From Chiloscyllium plagiosum (Eukaryota): 32,910 bases of DNA. This document shows, one piece after another, positions 1-10,769 of this stretch (its first letter is position 1; each line of letters starts with the position of its first letter). The notes beneath the pieces are model-generated. The model saw only the letters and a program-made list of their open reading frames with translations. It did no database searches and was not told the origin of the DNA. Both the position numbers and the translations under genes were made by a program. Location of the stretch: NCBI RefSeq assembly GCF_004010195.1, contig NC_057719.1, positions 64,997,628-65,030,537 on the forward strand. The letters are read 5' to 3'.

Positions 1-413
1 TGATCCAGAATCTGGTTTCCAGCATCTGCAGTCATTGTTTTTACCTCGTTGATTTTAACCCTACTGCGAATCCTCTTGCAAGGATGCCTGCCTTGAAGAA
101 GTTTTCCTCCTCTCTCTACAAGAATCACAGGGAGTCCCTCTCCCACTGCAACTCCCAGGTCATTTCCTCTGCCCTGAAGCTCTTCAACCATGTCGTGAAA
201 CAAACTCGGTACTCTATGCTACTTTCTCCCCACCCCCACCCTCCTCTAGCTTATCTCTCCACGCTTCAGGCTCTCTGCCTTTATTCCTGATGAAGGGCTT
301 TTGCCCGAAACGTCGATTTTGCTGCTCGTCGGATGCTGCCTGAACTGCTGTGCTCTTCCAGCACCATTGATCCAGAATCTGGTTTCCAGCATCTGCAGTC
401 ATTATTTTTACCT
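1..413 (+). mobile_element. Penelope-like element remnant with tandem terminal repeats (1-46 repeated at 368-413)
   Basis: 46-bp near-identical direct repeat; CTGATGA...GAAAC core at 287-314; tail tccagcatctgcagtc shared with other copies in the window. Confidence 0.7.
287..314 (+). ncRNA. Putative minimal hammerhead ribozyme core
   Basis: CTGATGA-A-GGGC-TTTT-GCCC-GAAA-C-GTC: catalytic boxes, perfect stem II and GUC cleavage triplet. Stems I and III are short or weak. Confidence 0.55.
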
Positions 414-1040
414 CTTTGACAGAACTATCCAGTTAGTTCCATGACCCTGCTTTTTCCCCACAGGCCTGCACTTTTTTTTTTTTGCTTTTTTTTTATTAGT
501 TTCTACTCAACTTCATTTGAAAGCTTTAATGAATTTGTTTTCACCATCCTGTTAGGCATTCCTTCAAAAATATAATAATTTGCTGTACATGAAATATTCT
601 CCGCAGTTGCTCTTTTGCCAATTACTTTGAAACCTGACCTTCCGGCAGTGCAATTTGCTTTTCCTTATTTACTCCAGTAAACTCTTCTTGGAAAAATATT
701 TTTCACAATAATTTCTTAATTACCGGCTTGATGACCTTTTCTCATCTTGATGAGATCACATCAGATTAGCAACCTCATAAACCCCATCCAGGAAACACCA
801 GAACTGCCCAGTAGGGGTCAATATTACAGATGTGATAATTGATTGAAATATAACTATTCACACTCTTGCTCTCTCTTTGAGCTTATAAACCCCATTGAGT
901 GTGTTTGGTTATAACAGTTAATAATGGATGGCAGATTAACATTGTGGTTAATAATTCTCCTGTAATAAACAAATTATTGGAACAAATTGCTTTAATACCT
1001 TCTCCTTGCTGACCTTGAACTCATCTTTATACTTTTAGGA

Positions 1041-1247
1041 GACAGTGAGGTCTGCAGATGCTGGAGATCAGAGTTGAGAGTGCGTTGCTGGAAAAGCACA
1101 GCAGGTCAGGCAGCTTCCGAGGAGCAGGAGAATCGACGTTTCAGGCCGAAGCCCTTCATCAGGAAGCTCCGGCCCGACATGTTGATTTTCCAGCTCATCG
1201 GATGCTGCCTGACCTGCTGTGCTTTTCCAGAAACGCACTCTCAACTT
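1041..1247. mobile_element. Inverted pair of Penelope-type terminal repeats (hairpin)
   Basis: agttgagagtgcgttgctggaaaagcacagcaggtcaggcagc (from 1072) is the near reverse complement of gctgcctgacctgctgtgcttttccagaaacgcactctcaact (to 1247). Confidence 0.8.
1135..1162 (-). ncRNA. Putative minimal hammerhead ribozyme core
   Basis: Minus strand reads CTGATGA-A-GGGC-TTCG-GCCT-GAAA-C-GTC; stem II is capped by a C(UUCG)G tetraloop. Confidence 0.55.
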
Positions 1248-1699
1248 TGTACTTTTATACATTTCTACAGAAAGGGTATTGGCTTTACTTATAATATCTC
1301 TGTCATGCTCCACGAAGAAATATAACAAAATGTCCTACTCAGGCCACCACATTTCCAAGCATGTTCCTTATTGTAAGAAACTTCAAGCTCGTCCAACATC
1401 AATTAAAAATGTCATTTTTGATGTCTGACTATTGAAATATTCATACCTTTCATTACTCTTACTTTACTCTTCATATTGTAGTGTTTCCATTTTGCACATT
1501 ATACATGAGTGGCTGTCAAACAAAGTTGGTCACATTTGACATGCAAAAGCTTTAGAATATGTCTATTTAAACCTACTTGAGCTATAGTCAGAAGGCAGTG
1601 GCTTTTAGAAACAGTAGCTTTGATTGGAATTTTCACTGGCAAACATATGGAAACATACTGGAATCAGTTTGGCTAATCTGTTTGTGTTTAGAATTTCAC

Positions 1700-2960
1700 A
1701 TTCCCAGCGAGCTCCAATAACCTTACATTCTTCTCCCTAACAAGATTCCATCTACCTTGACATTAAAAATAGTTAATGACCCTACCACCATCAAGGACAA
1801 GTGGAGGGGTAGGTAGTATTGTGGAGGCGTGGAGGCTGCAGAAAGAATTAGACAGGTTAGGTGAGTACGCAAAGAAGTGGCACATGAAACACAATGTGGG
1901 AAAGTGTGAGGTCATGCACTTTGGAAGGAAGAATAGAGGCGTGAACTATTTTCTAAATGTGGAGAAAATTCAGAAATCTGAAGTGCAAAGGGTCTTGAGA
2001 GTCCTAGTCCAGGTTTCTCTTAAGGTAAACTTACAGGTTAGGTCAGTGGTTATGAAAGCAAATACAATGTTGTCATTCATCTTGAGAGGACTAGAATATG
2101 AAAGTAGGGATGTACTTTTGAGGCTTTCTTAGGCTCTGGTCAGACCACATTTAGAGTATTGTGAGCAATTTTGGGCCTCATATCTCAGGAAAGATGTATT
2201 GGCCCAAGATCGGGTCTAGAGGAGGTTCACGCAAATGATCTCAGGAATGAAAGGCTTAACATATGAGGAAGGTTTGAGGATTCTGGAACTGTACTCAATG
2301 GAGTTTAGAAGGATGAGGAGGATCTGATTGAAACTTTCAGAATACCGAATGGTTTAGACAGAGTGGATGTTGGGAAGATGTTTCCATTGGTTGCAGAGAT
2401 GAAGTCCCGAGGGCACAGCCTTAGAGTAAAGGAAAGACCTTCTCGAATGGAGGTAAGCAGAAACTTCTTAAGCCAGAGGGTGGTGAATCTATGGAATTCA
2501 CAGCCACAGAAGGCTGTGAAGGCCAGGTCATTGAGTGTGTTTAAGACTGAGATAGATAGATTTTTCAACCCCATTCTCCCCATAACCTTTGAACCCCTTG
2601 ACAATCAAGAATCTATCAGCCATGATTGAATGGCAGAGCAGACTCAGTGAGCCAAATGGCCTAATTTCTGTTCCTATGTTTTATGGTCTTATGGTCAGCA
2701 TCACCTTTTTGAGGCAAAATGTTACAAAGTTGCGCAACCTTCTGAGAGCAAAAACTTTGCTTCATCTCTGGTCGAAAGGAGTAACTCCTAATTATAAAGA
2801 ATGTCCCTTCAATCTGGACTCACTACCAGGAGGAAACACTATGTCCACATCCCCCTTGTCAAGACCATTGAGGATCAAATCATACCTCTTTCTTCAAAGC
2901 TTCAGTGAAACCAAGCCCAGTCTGTCTAATTCTTCCTCATAAGACAACCCACTCATCCCA
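1700..2960 (-). mobile_element. Older CR1 LINE fragment (about 1700-1793 plus 2696-2960) interrupted by the younger CR1
   Basis: Minus-strand GMSGLSYEEELDRLGLVSL (ORF 2894-3076) is a CR1 ORF2 C-terminal motif; the sequence continues on both sides of the insert. Confidence 0.65.
1794..2695 (+). mobile_element. 5'-truncated CR1-family LINE (RT C-terminus and 3'UTR), degenerate
   Basis: ORFs LQKELDRLGEYAKKWHMKHNVGKCEVMHFGRKN and RGHSLRV...FLSQRVVNLWNS. 3' tail cctatgttttatggtcttatggt. Flanked by caccatca/cagcatca. Confidence 0.92.
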
Positions 2961-2964
2961 GCTA

Positions 2965-3280
2965 ATTGGGCGATTGTCTCTGTGGAGTTTGCAAGTTCTC
3001 CCTGTGTCTGTGGGGATTTTCTCTGGGTGCTCCAGTTTCCTCCCACAGTCCAAAAATGTGCAGGTGGATTGGCCATGCTAATTTGCCCTCATGTCCGGGG
3101 ATGTGCAGCCTTGGTGAATTTGCCATGGGAAATTCAGGGGTATGGGGATTAGGGGAGATTGGTGGGGGGAGTGCGTGGATGTGGGATGCCTGCATACCTG
3201 GGTGTGATGCTCTTTGGAGGGTTGGTGTAACTTGATGAGCCAAATTGTGGCCTTTCACACTGTAGGGATTTTATGAAATA
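2965..3280 (+). mobile_element. V-SINE (HE1-like) copy lacking its tRNA head
   Basis: V-domain-like tgtggagtttgca..ttctccctgtgtctgtgggg..tgctccagtttcctcccacagtccaaa..ggattggccatgctaa; LINE-like tail cacactgtagggattttatga. Confidence 0.8.
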
Positions 3281-3387
3281 TCCAGAAAATATTGATGTTT
3301 CCACACTGTAAGTAATCTAATCTAATCTAATCTAAATTGTGGCCTTTCACACTGTAGGGATTTTATGAAATATCCAGAAAATATTGA
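3242..3387 (+). repeat. 54-bp direct duplication (3242-3295, 3334-3387) around a 38-bp insert ending in (TAATC)n
   Basis: Identical copies of aaattgtggcc...gaaaatattga read directly from the sequence. Confidence 0.9.
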
Positions 3388-3766
3388 CAACTTGAATGAC
3401 ACTTTTATCTTTTGAGCTGAAAAAGGATGTGGCATTGAGCTAACTAAACAGAAACAGAATCCCATTTATTTTTACATGCTACTGATTTCCTAGCAGGGTC
3501 TAACCACTTATTTATACATATTCTGTTCTGTACACTGTAAGCAGCTATATCACATGATTCGGAAAACTTTATGATAACATGTATCAGCTGTAATTTTTCC
3601 ACTTTGTAGTGAGTTTCTCATATGGAGGTCATTTTATTGTGAAGGAATTACCTTTTCTGTTTCATCTATGTGTTTTTTGATTGCATAAAAGTTTGGGCAT
3701 GCCTTAAAGAATCTTCAATATAGTTGATAAAATTTATTGTTGACTTGCTTAATCTTTTGTTTTCAG

Positions 3767-4319
3767 ATTGATGGTGTCCCATACATATCAAAAGACCAAT
3801 TGACTTCCTTACTGGATGAATGCATCCGATGCCAAAGTTTAGGAAGAATATCTGGGAATGAAGATTTAGATTCTGACTCTGTTGCTTCTAGCTCTTTCTG
3901 TTCTCCAAGGCCTCAGTCGCTGACTGTCTACAATAGTCCACGGCTGTCCGAAACCATTCTTTCCCAGCTTTTGGCAGATGCATACAACTCAGGTCTTTCC
4001 CCAGCTCCAAGTAGAGGTGAAGGAGAGAGCAAAATATCAACTACTGATCTTGAAAGTGAAGACCCTGCATACTATCGCAACAAAGCCATGGTAAACATCA
4101 GCAGGTTAGCAGTATCAAGACCAGATGATAATATATCGGAGAGTGAATTGGGAGAGTGGATGGTGAGAAATAATGGAGAATCCTACATGACCAGGGCACT
4201 AGAGATTAAACAAGCGAAGAAGCCTGTATTCCTGGATGATCCAAGTTTTTATGAATTCACAGACCAGGAGCTTTCAACAAATGACAGCAGTCCCACCATT
4301 CCAAAGTTACCACACATAG
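3767..4319 (+). CDS. FSIP1: Fibrous sheath-interacting protein 1, large penultimate exon
   Basis: Acceptor cttttgttttcAG, 553-nt open frame and donor G/GTACT. Motifs QLTSLLDECI, PRLSETILSQLL, YYRNKAM and KKPVFLDDP resemble the FSIP1 C-terminus from memory. Convergent synteny with THBS1. Confidence 0.85.
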
Positions 4320-4425
4320 GTACTATTAAATACTATTGTCACTTAAAATCATATATGTGTTGAACCAAAAATAATCTTTTTTAATATTTTGTATGTTCTG
4401 TAAAACTTTTATTTTATTAAGTTCT

Positions 4426-4555
4426 GAGTTCTGAGGATAGGCCAATGGGCCCAAAACATTAACTCTGATTTCTCTCCACTGGTACTGTCAGACCTGCTGA
4501 ATTTCTCCAAAAATTTCTATTATTGTTTCTCATTTACAGTATTACAGTTCTTGCA
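4426..4555 (+). mobile_element. Degenerate Penelope-type terminal repeat (second family)
   Basis: GAGTT-CTGAGGA...GGCC-CAAAAC-ATT-AACTC followed by tgtcagacctgctgaatttctcc, similar to the tails of the other copies. Confidence 0.6.
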
Positions 4556-5999
4556 GATTTTATTTTATAATTTAATTAAGCCAAATGGGACTAAGAAGAT
4601 AAACAGCAACATGTTTCTAACAAATGGTTGAGTTGATGTTCCCTCCACGAATATTCTTTAAGTTTCAAATAGGTTTCTCCTCATTCTCATTTAGATCTAA
4701 TTAGTTCTGATAAACACATGCCAAGAACAGCCTGGGAAGAACTGCTGAACCACCCAGTTTGGCTAGACATCAATAATATCAGTTTAACCAATTGAACAGT
4801 TCAGTTTGCCAGGAGTCTTAACCAGGTGGGATTCCTACATTTTTTAATTTAAAACAAATGTGATTTACTTTATTGTTCTGCATGTGTTTGAAACAGAATG
4901 TTTACTTAGTCTTACCCTGAATATATAAATTATTACAGATAATGATATGGTAAATTCATGTTCATTACCTATAGTCCCTTTGACTGTCCATTCAGAATAT
5001 TGTCATTCACTGCCAGCCTCCTTTATTGGATATAGGTGTGAAGAGAAAGGGAACTTGCATTCAGTGACCAACCTAAATCGAGCCCTTAATGGCTCGTAGT
5101 TAATAAACGTCTTTACAGTTATCGTGAACATATCCATGTTTAGGCAGAACAAATTTTGGACCAAAGATCTATCTATAACTTGTGCTTGGCCATTATTTAT
5201 CATGTACATAATGTCACAACAACCTTAATAAATAATGTAGTGTTACATGTTCATTTTCAATTGTCTTGTGCATTTTGTCCAGCATGTCTGCACAAGTATC
5301 AGCTCAAATTACAATTAAAACTGAAAATATGCTGATCAAGTAAAATGAACAGGAGAAGTTATGACCTTAATAAAAGAAAGAAGAAAAAATTTGCTTTTAT
5401 ATTGCCACAATCTGTATAATTACAACACCAAAGTGATTGATACTGGAATCCGAGGACACAGTGACAGAGATACAGTATGAGAATAGATTGGTGATAGCAT
5501 GAAAAGGAATGCATGACTTTTCTCAGTACATAAGTAATAAAAGTGTAGTCAAAGGAAAGGGTGGGAATGATAAGTAAAAAAAAGGGAGTATTTTTCTGGA
5601 GACACAGACCATGGTTAAGATATTAAATAAACACTTTGCATCTGCTTTTATCACGAAAGAGAACATTGCCATTAGCCATTCTTTCAGTTTATGCTTAAAA
5701 ACAACATGTATTGGTAGGCAAACTGAGGTAGGTCTTTCCTTTACCCAGTTTTGCCTTTCTGGCAATGGTCACTGGAAAATGATTAGCAAAGGTAACTTCA
5801 GCTGATTTTTCTTCTCCCTATTCCAGGAATGATGATGCCAGTCGGCACTCCCACTATCTTAGAATATTTCTGGAATGGTTCCCATGACCTTCCTGGTCTG
5901 CATATCTCAATGAGAGAGCACATTGATTCAGTGTTTATTGAGAAATTCTGGTACTGGATATTTGATTCACACTCTTGAATATCCCTTTATTTCTTGCAG

Positions 6000-6040
6000 A
6001 TGATGAAACTGTTGCTGACACTGGCATGGAACAAAAGTGA
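6000..6040 (+). CDS. FSIP1: FSIP1 last coding exon (DDETVADTGMEQK-stop)
   Basis: Acceptor ccctttatttcttgcAG; phase 1 matches the upstream exon; short acidic tail. Downstream ATTAAA 6096-6101 and AATAAA 6364-6369. Confidence 0.72.
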
Positions 6041-6469
6041 CTACAGTTTATGGGAACCACAGAGCTTAATGTCAGAAATTTATGAAGTGGCCTTTATTAA
6101 AGAATGACAAGTCTACTCCTGAGAAATCATTGTTGCAGCCAATCACTCTGGTATTCTGATTTTTAATATTTAAATTGCCTGGTCTATCAGCCAGAGCTGA
6201 CTGACATATTGAATGAGACAAGTCATTTGAAAGCAATTATGTAATCAATTTGCTGTTTATTGAATTGAAACTTGCTTTTGTCAAGGACCGTGGTACTGTA
6301 CCTTAGTTAAATGGAATACAATTACCCATAAAAAAACTAATGTTCTTTCTACCAGTTCTGGAAAATAAATCAACCTTGATACAGCCTTATGAGATCAGCC
6401 AATTTTGGTAGACAGGCGAGAGAATATCCATTCAGCTGATGTGTCTGTATTAGCACCAAATGCTGCTAA

Positions 6470-7010
6470 ATGTATGTACTGCGCTCGAGCATTGGGAACG
6501 CTGCTAGACCTTCAGGAAGCACAGAAAGGATGTCAGACCTTGGAGACTCTACAGTGGAGATTTATTGGAAAGGTACCAGGGATAAGGAACTTCAGATTTG
6601 ATAGGGAACCAGAGAAGTCAAAGTTGTTCTCTTACAGCAAGGAAAATTACAGAGTGATTTACTAAAGGTGTTGAAAATGATGCAGAATTTTGGTAGAGTA
6701 AATAAATAAAAATCATTTTAATTGATAGCATCAGTAATTAGAGAATCCATATATCAGATAATTAGCTTGAGAACCAGACAGGAGATGGCCAAAATTATTT
6801 TATGCACTTATGTCTGAAAAAAGTTAGAATAGAATCAAATCAAATCAAAGTAACTTTTGAAAGGGTATCGGATATGTTCATGAAAAGAAACAATTTACTG
6901 AGAAGAGAAAAGAGAATTGGAGTAGAACTGCATAGCTAACTGTTTTAAAATGCTGGCTCAGGCATGATTTGTTAAAAGGCCTCATTTGTGCTGTGTTGTT
7001 CCATTAATTT
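6470..7010 (+). mobile_element. Highly degenerate CR1 LINE 3' end
   Basis: Remnant TLETLQWRFIGKVPGIRNF...KLFS motif and a CR1-like 3' tail aaaggcctcatttgtgctgtg. Confidence 0.6.
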
Positions 7011-8959
7011 CAAAACACTCCATTATAAAATAATGGGGAACAAATAGAACAGCTTTTATAAAATACCCAAAACACATTCCGGCACAGATCCTGAAAATAC
7101 CACTTATGTAATATTTACACCAGAACCCCTGTCTCTATAACCTTGATTGAATTAATTAACTTGTGACTCTAACTTACGGACTGGAACTGCATATACTTTC
7201 TGGAGCTATCGTATACTTTAGCCTAAACATGTCCAACTTTAGGAAATCTCATCAAGGTTTTATCCCAACAATTCTGATCCAGACTATCACTAATTCTTTA
7301 CTCTATGGTAATCTAGTTCCACAATATTCATTCATTTCTCAGGAACCCTGGTCCATATAAGCATCTTCATTGAAGAATTTCATAGCAGCCCTCAAATTCA
7401 ATGTAAAACTTTAAAAAAAATCTCTCTCTCAGCTATGGGCATTTCTCTTAAGCTTAAAGCTTTTCTCTGATTTTCTAAATTGGAGTTTGTTTATTTTGTT
7501 TTGTCATAAAACCCTATTAAAGCACACAAAAACTCATTAATCCTAAAGGCCTCAAAAACAGTTAAAAGAAATCACCATGACTCCAGAAATTAACTTTAAA
7601 CACACAGAAAACCACATTACTAATTCAAAATGTTAAATATATAGTTTATACACACCTCACAGCCTACGTACAGGTAAGTAATGGGATATATGAATTCACT
7701 GCCAGGATGATGCCAGGTATGTAGACCATACATTCCAATAATTAGTGGAATATATGAGACAGTACATCCTATTGACCATTCGCAGTAAGAAACATATCAA
7801 TTCTTCTCAACCAACCCGTGCTTGCAAGCCTCAGAAAAATATATCACCATTACATGTGCTTCTGCTATTGAAAATTATGTATTAAATAATTTGGACTCTG
7901 ATAAAAAATTACACTAAAAAATGATTTCAGATCATCAGTCAGGCTCACAATGTGAAGTATTTGCATGTGCTAGAAGCTACATGTATAAATATACAGGGCC
8001 CTGTTTTATGTAGGCAAAAGAAATTTATACATAGATTGCAATGTTTTCACAACAAAAAAGGGTTATGAGACAGTCAATCTCTGCATCATCCCCACAGCAA
8101 CACAATGAACAATCAGGAGCTATCTGCCTGGTCTGAGAATTAACTTTGACAGTTAACTGCTCTTATTATATCTCCATGTTAATGATGGCCCAACCAATCA
8201 ACACCTACTTCTCATTTCTTGGGTTCTAGTTCTGACGAGTAGAAGATGGAAAAATTCAATTTCTTGATTCCATTTAGCAATATTTAAGTTCTGCATTAAC
8301 CAAATAATTATTTAAATAATTTCCTTCTAGTTGTTTCCTTTCAATTATGATTTTTCATGGAGATAAAAATGGGATCTTAATATTTACAATGACTACAGAC
8401 TATTGTTATAATGAATACATAAGTAGTGTGCTATATATTGCAATCTATAAAATAATGGCCACTATTTGTGGCTACTGTTGTGTTATGTTTAGACTTCTTT
8501 TGATTAGTTTTATCCCTTGTACTCTTAAGGAAATAAATGTATGTTTACATAGATTTAAATTCAATGAGCAGCTTGGCCTTTAAATTTTTCAATAATTCGC
8601 TGTGGACTTGGGAATGTGTTATTTGGTTGCATTGTTATTTTGATCTCCGACTTAGACGGTGTAATATTTTGCTGGTCTCCATATTTGTTGATGTTACAAT
8701 TGCTAGTTAGTCTTTTATGATTCAATTAGCATACCAACCAATAAGCAAAAGAATCGATTGCTAATCTCTCAGAAGAAAAGGTTGCAATTAAATGAACCAT
8801 AAGTAACTAGCTGAAATTTTAGTTGTTAGCATTGTTATCTTAAAAATAAATATTCTGAGTGTTTCAGTATTTCGATAGCTTATAAGGTTATTCCTATAAA
8901 ATTCTTCAGATGCCAAGCCTATCCATACATTAAGTAGTTTTAAAGTCTAGGTAATATTA

Positions 8960-9303
8960 TGTTTATTCGTTCACAGGATGAGGCCATCGTTGGCTAGGCC
9001 AAGATTTATTGTCCATCCCTAACTGTCCAGAGGGCAGTTCAGAGTCAACCACAATGCTGTGGGTCTGGAATCACATGTAGGCTAGACCAAGTAAGGACGG
9101 CAATTTCCTTTCCGAAAGGACATTAGTGAACCAGATGGGTCTTTCCAACAATAGGCAATTGATTCATGATCATCATTAAGTTCTTAATTCCAGGTATTTA
9201 TTGAATTTAAATTCCACCATCTGCTGCAATGCTAATCGAACCCCAGGTCCCCAGAATGTTATCTGGATCTCTGGATTAAGATACCACGAGGCCATCACCT
9301 CCC
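8960..9303 (-). mobile_element. tRNA-derived SINE
   Basis: Minus-strand head gggaggtgaTGGCCTCGTGG...GGTTCGATT (A and B boxes); A-rich 3' end near 8960. Confidence 0.75.
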
Positions 9304-10765
9304 AACGAAAAGCAGTGGACCCAGCACTGATCCTTGTGGCACTCCACTGGTCACAGGCCTCCAGTCTGAAAAAACAACCCTCCTCCACACCTTCTACCTT
9401 TGAGCCAGTTCTGGATCCAAATAGCTAGTTCTCCTTGTACAGAGGACCCTAGATTATCCGAACGAAATGGGCGGGCAGTATTCTGTTCGGACAATTGATT
9501 ATTCGGTTAATTGATTCAATGCCTTTCCTTTGGGGCTCAGAGTTTTCTGTTAAGTCCGCTCTCCATTCAGGAGACTAGGCAGCAGCACATCGCTCGTGAG
9601 CCCCTGGCCCCCATCCGCCCCAAGCCCGCACCCCCCCCCCCCCAACCCTGTTCAACATCGCTCCCCCCCAGTCCATCCACCCCCGCCCCATCTCCAGGGC
9701 AGCTGGACTGGACACCAGTGACAAGACTGCTGCTGCTGACGCCACCTTTGGGGGGGGTGGGTGTGTCTCCAAATAGCATGCATGTGCACACACACATACA
9801 CACAACTTTTTACTGCTACGTTTTGATAGGTTCCACCTTTGCCCTGTTCAGGACACTATTGGAGAGATTATCTGGAGAAGGGGAGTTTAGGATACATGCG
9901 GATAAATGTGGGAGGGTGGGAGGTCAGTCATTTGGAAATGGTGCCTGGACTCCCATCGATCCAGGATTGTTCTCGGCAGCATTTCAGTAAGCCGAGTTCA
10001 CTTTTAATCACTGTAAACAAAAGACACGATCAGTGTTGGAAACACGTCTTTCTATCGGGAAAGACATGTTTCTATCGGGACCTTGAGATCTCCTTCGGAT
10101 AATCCGAGTTTCAGATAATTGAGGTTCCTCTGTATTCCATGTGATCTAACCTTGCTAACCAGTCTCCTATGGGAAACCTTGTTGAACACCTTACTGAAAT
10201 ACATATATATCACATCCACTGCTTTTCCCTCATCAATCCTCTTTGTTACTTCTTCAAAAAACTCAATCAAGTTTGTGAAACATGATTTCCCATGCACAAA
10301 GTCATGTTGACTATCCCTAATCAATCCTTGTCTTTCCAAATCCTGTCCCTCAGGATTCCCTCCAACAACTTGCCCACCACCGACGTCAGGCTCACTGGTC
10401 TATAGTTTCCTGACTTGTCCTTACCACCTTTCTTAAATGGTGACACCACGTTAGCCAACTTCCATTCTTTCGGCACTTCACCTGTGACATCGACGATACA
10501 AATATCTCAGCAAGAGGCCCAGCAATCACTTCCCTAGCTTCTCACAGAGTTCTAGGGTACACCTGATCAGGTCTGGGAATTTATCCATCTTTATGAGTTT
10601 CAAGTCATCCAGGACTTCCTCTTCTGTAATATGGACACTTTTAAAGATGTCACCATTTATTTCCCTACATTCTATATCTTCCATGTCCTTCTCCACAGTA
10701 AACACTGATACAAAATACCCGTTCAGCACCTGCTCCATCTCCTGCAGCTCCGCACAAAGGCCACC
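9304..10765 (-). mobile_element. CR1 LINE RT fragment (9304-9439 plus 10135-10765) interrupted by a MITE
   Basis: ORFs SQHDFVHGKSCFTNLIEFFEEVT...AVDVIYMYFSKVFNKV and VLNGYFVSVFT...ITEEEVL are CR1 RT motifs. Confidence 0.92.
9440..10132. mobile_element. Non-autonomous Tc1/mariner (Tigger/pogo-like) MITE, 693 bp
   Basis: TIRs cagaggaccctagattatccgaa and ttcagataattgaggttcctctg; TA duplication at 9438-9439 and 10133-10134; the host CR1 rejoins when it is removed. Confidence 0.88.
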
Positions 10766-10769
10766 TTAC

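Noticed and set aside
7981..8032. 10-bp inverted repeat enclosing the palindrome ACAGGGCCCTGT
   Set aside because: Short and AT-rich with poor internal pairing; not convincing as a pre-miRNA or element.
8306..8321. 16-bp palindrome aattatttaaataatt
   Set aside because: Pure A/T in AT-rich DNA; expected by chance.
9511..9990. 159-aa Pro-rich ORF
   Set aside because: Lies wholly within the MITE; low-complexity C runs explain both the open frame and the prolines.
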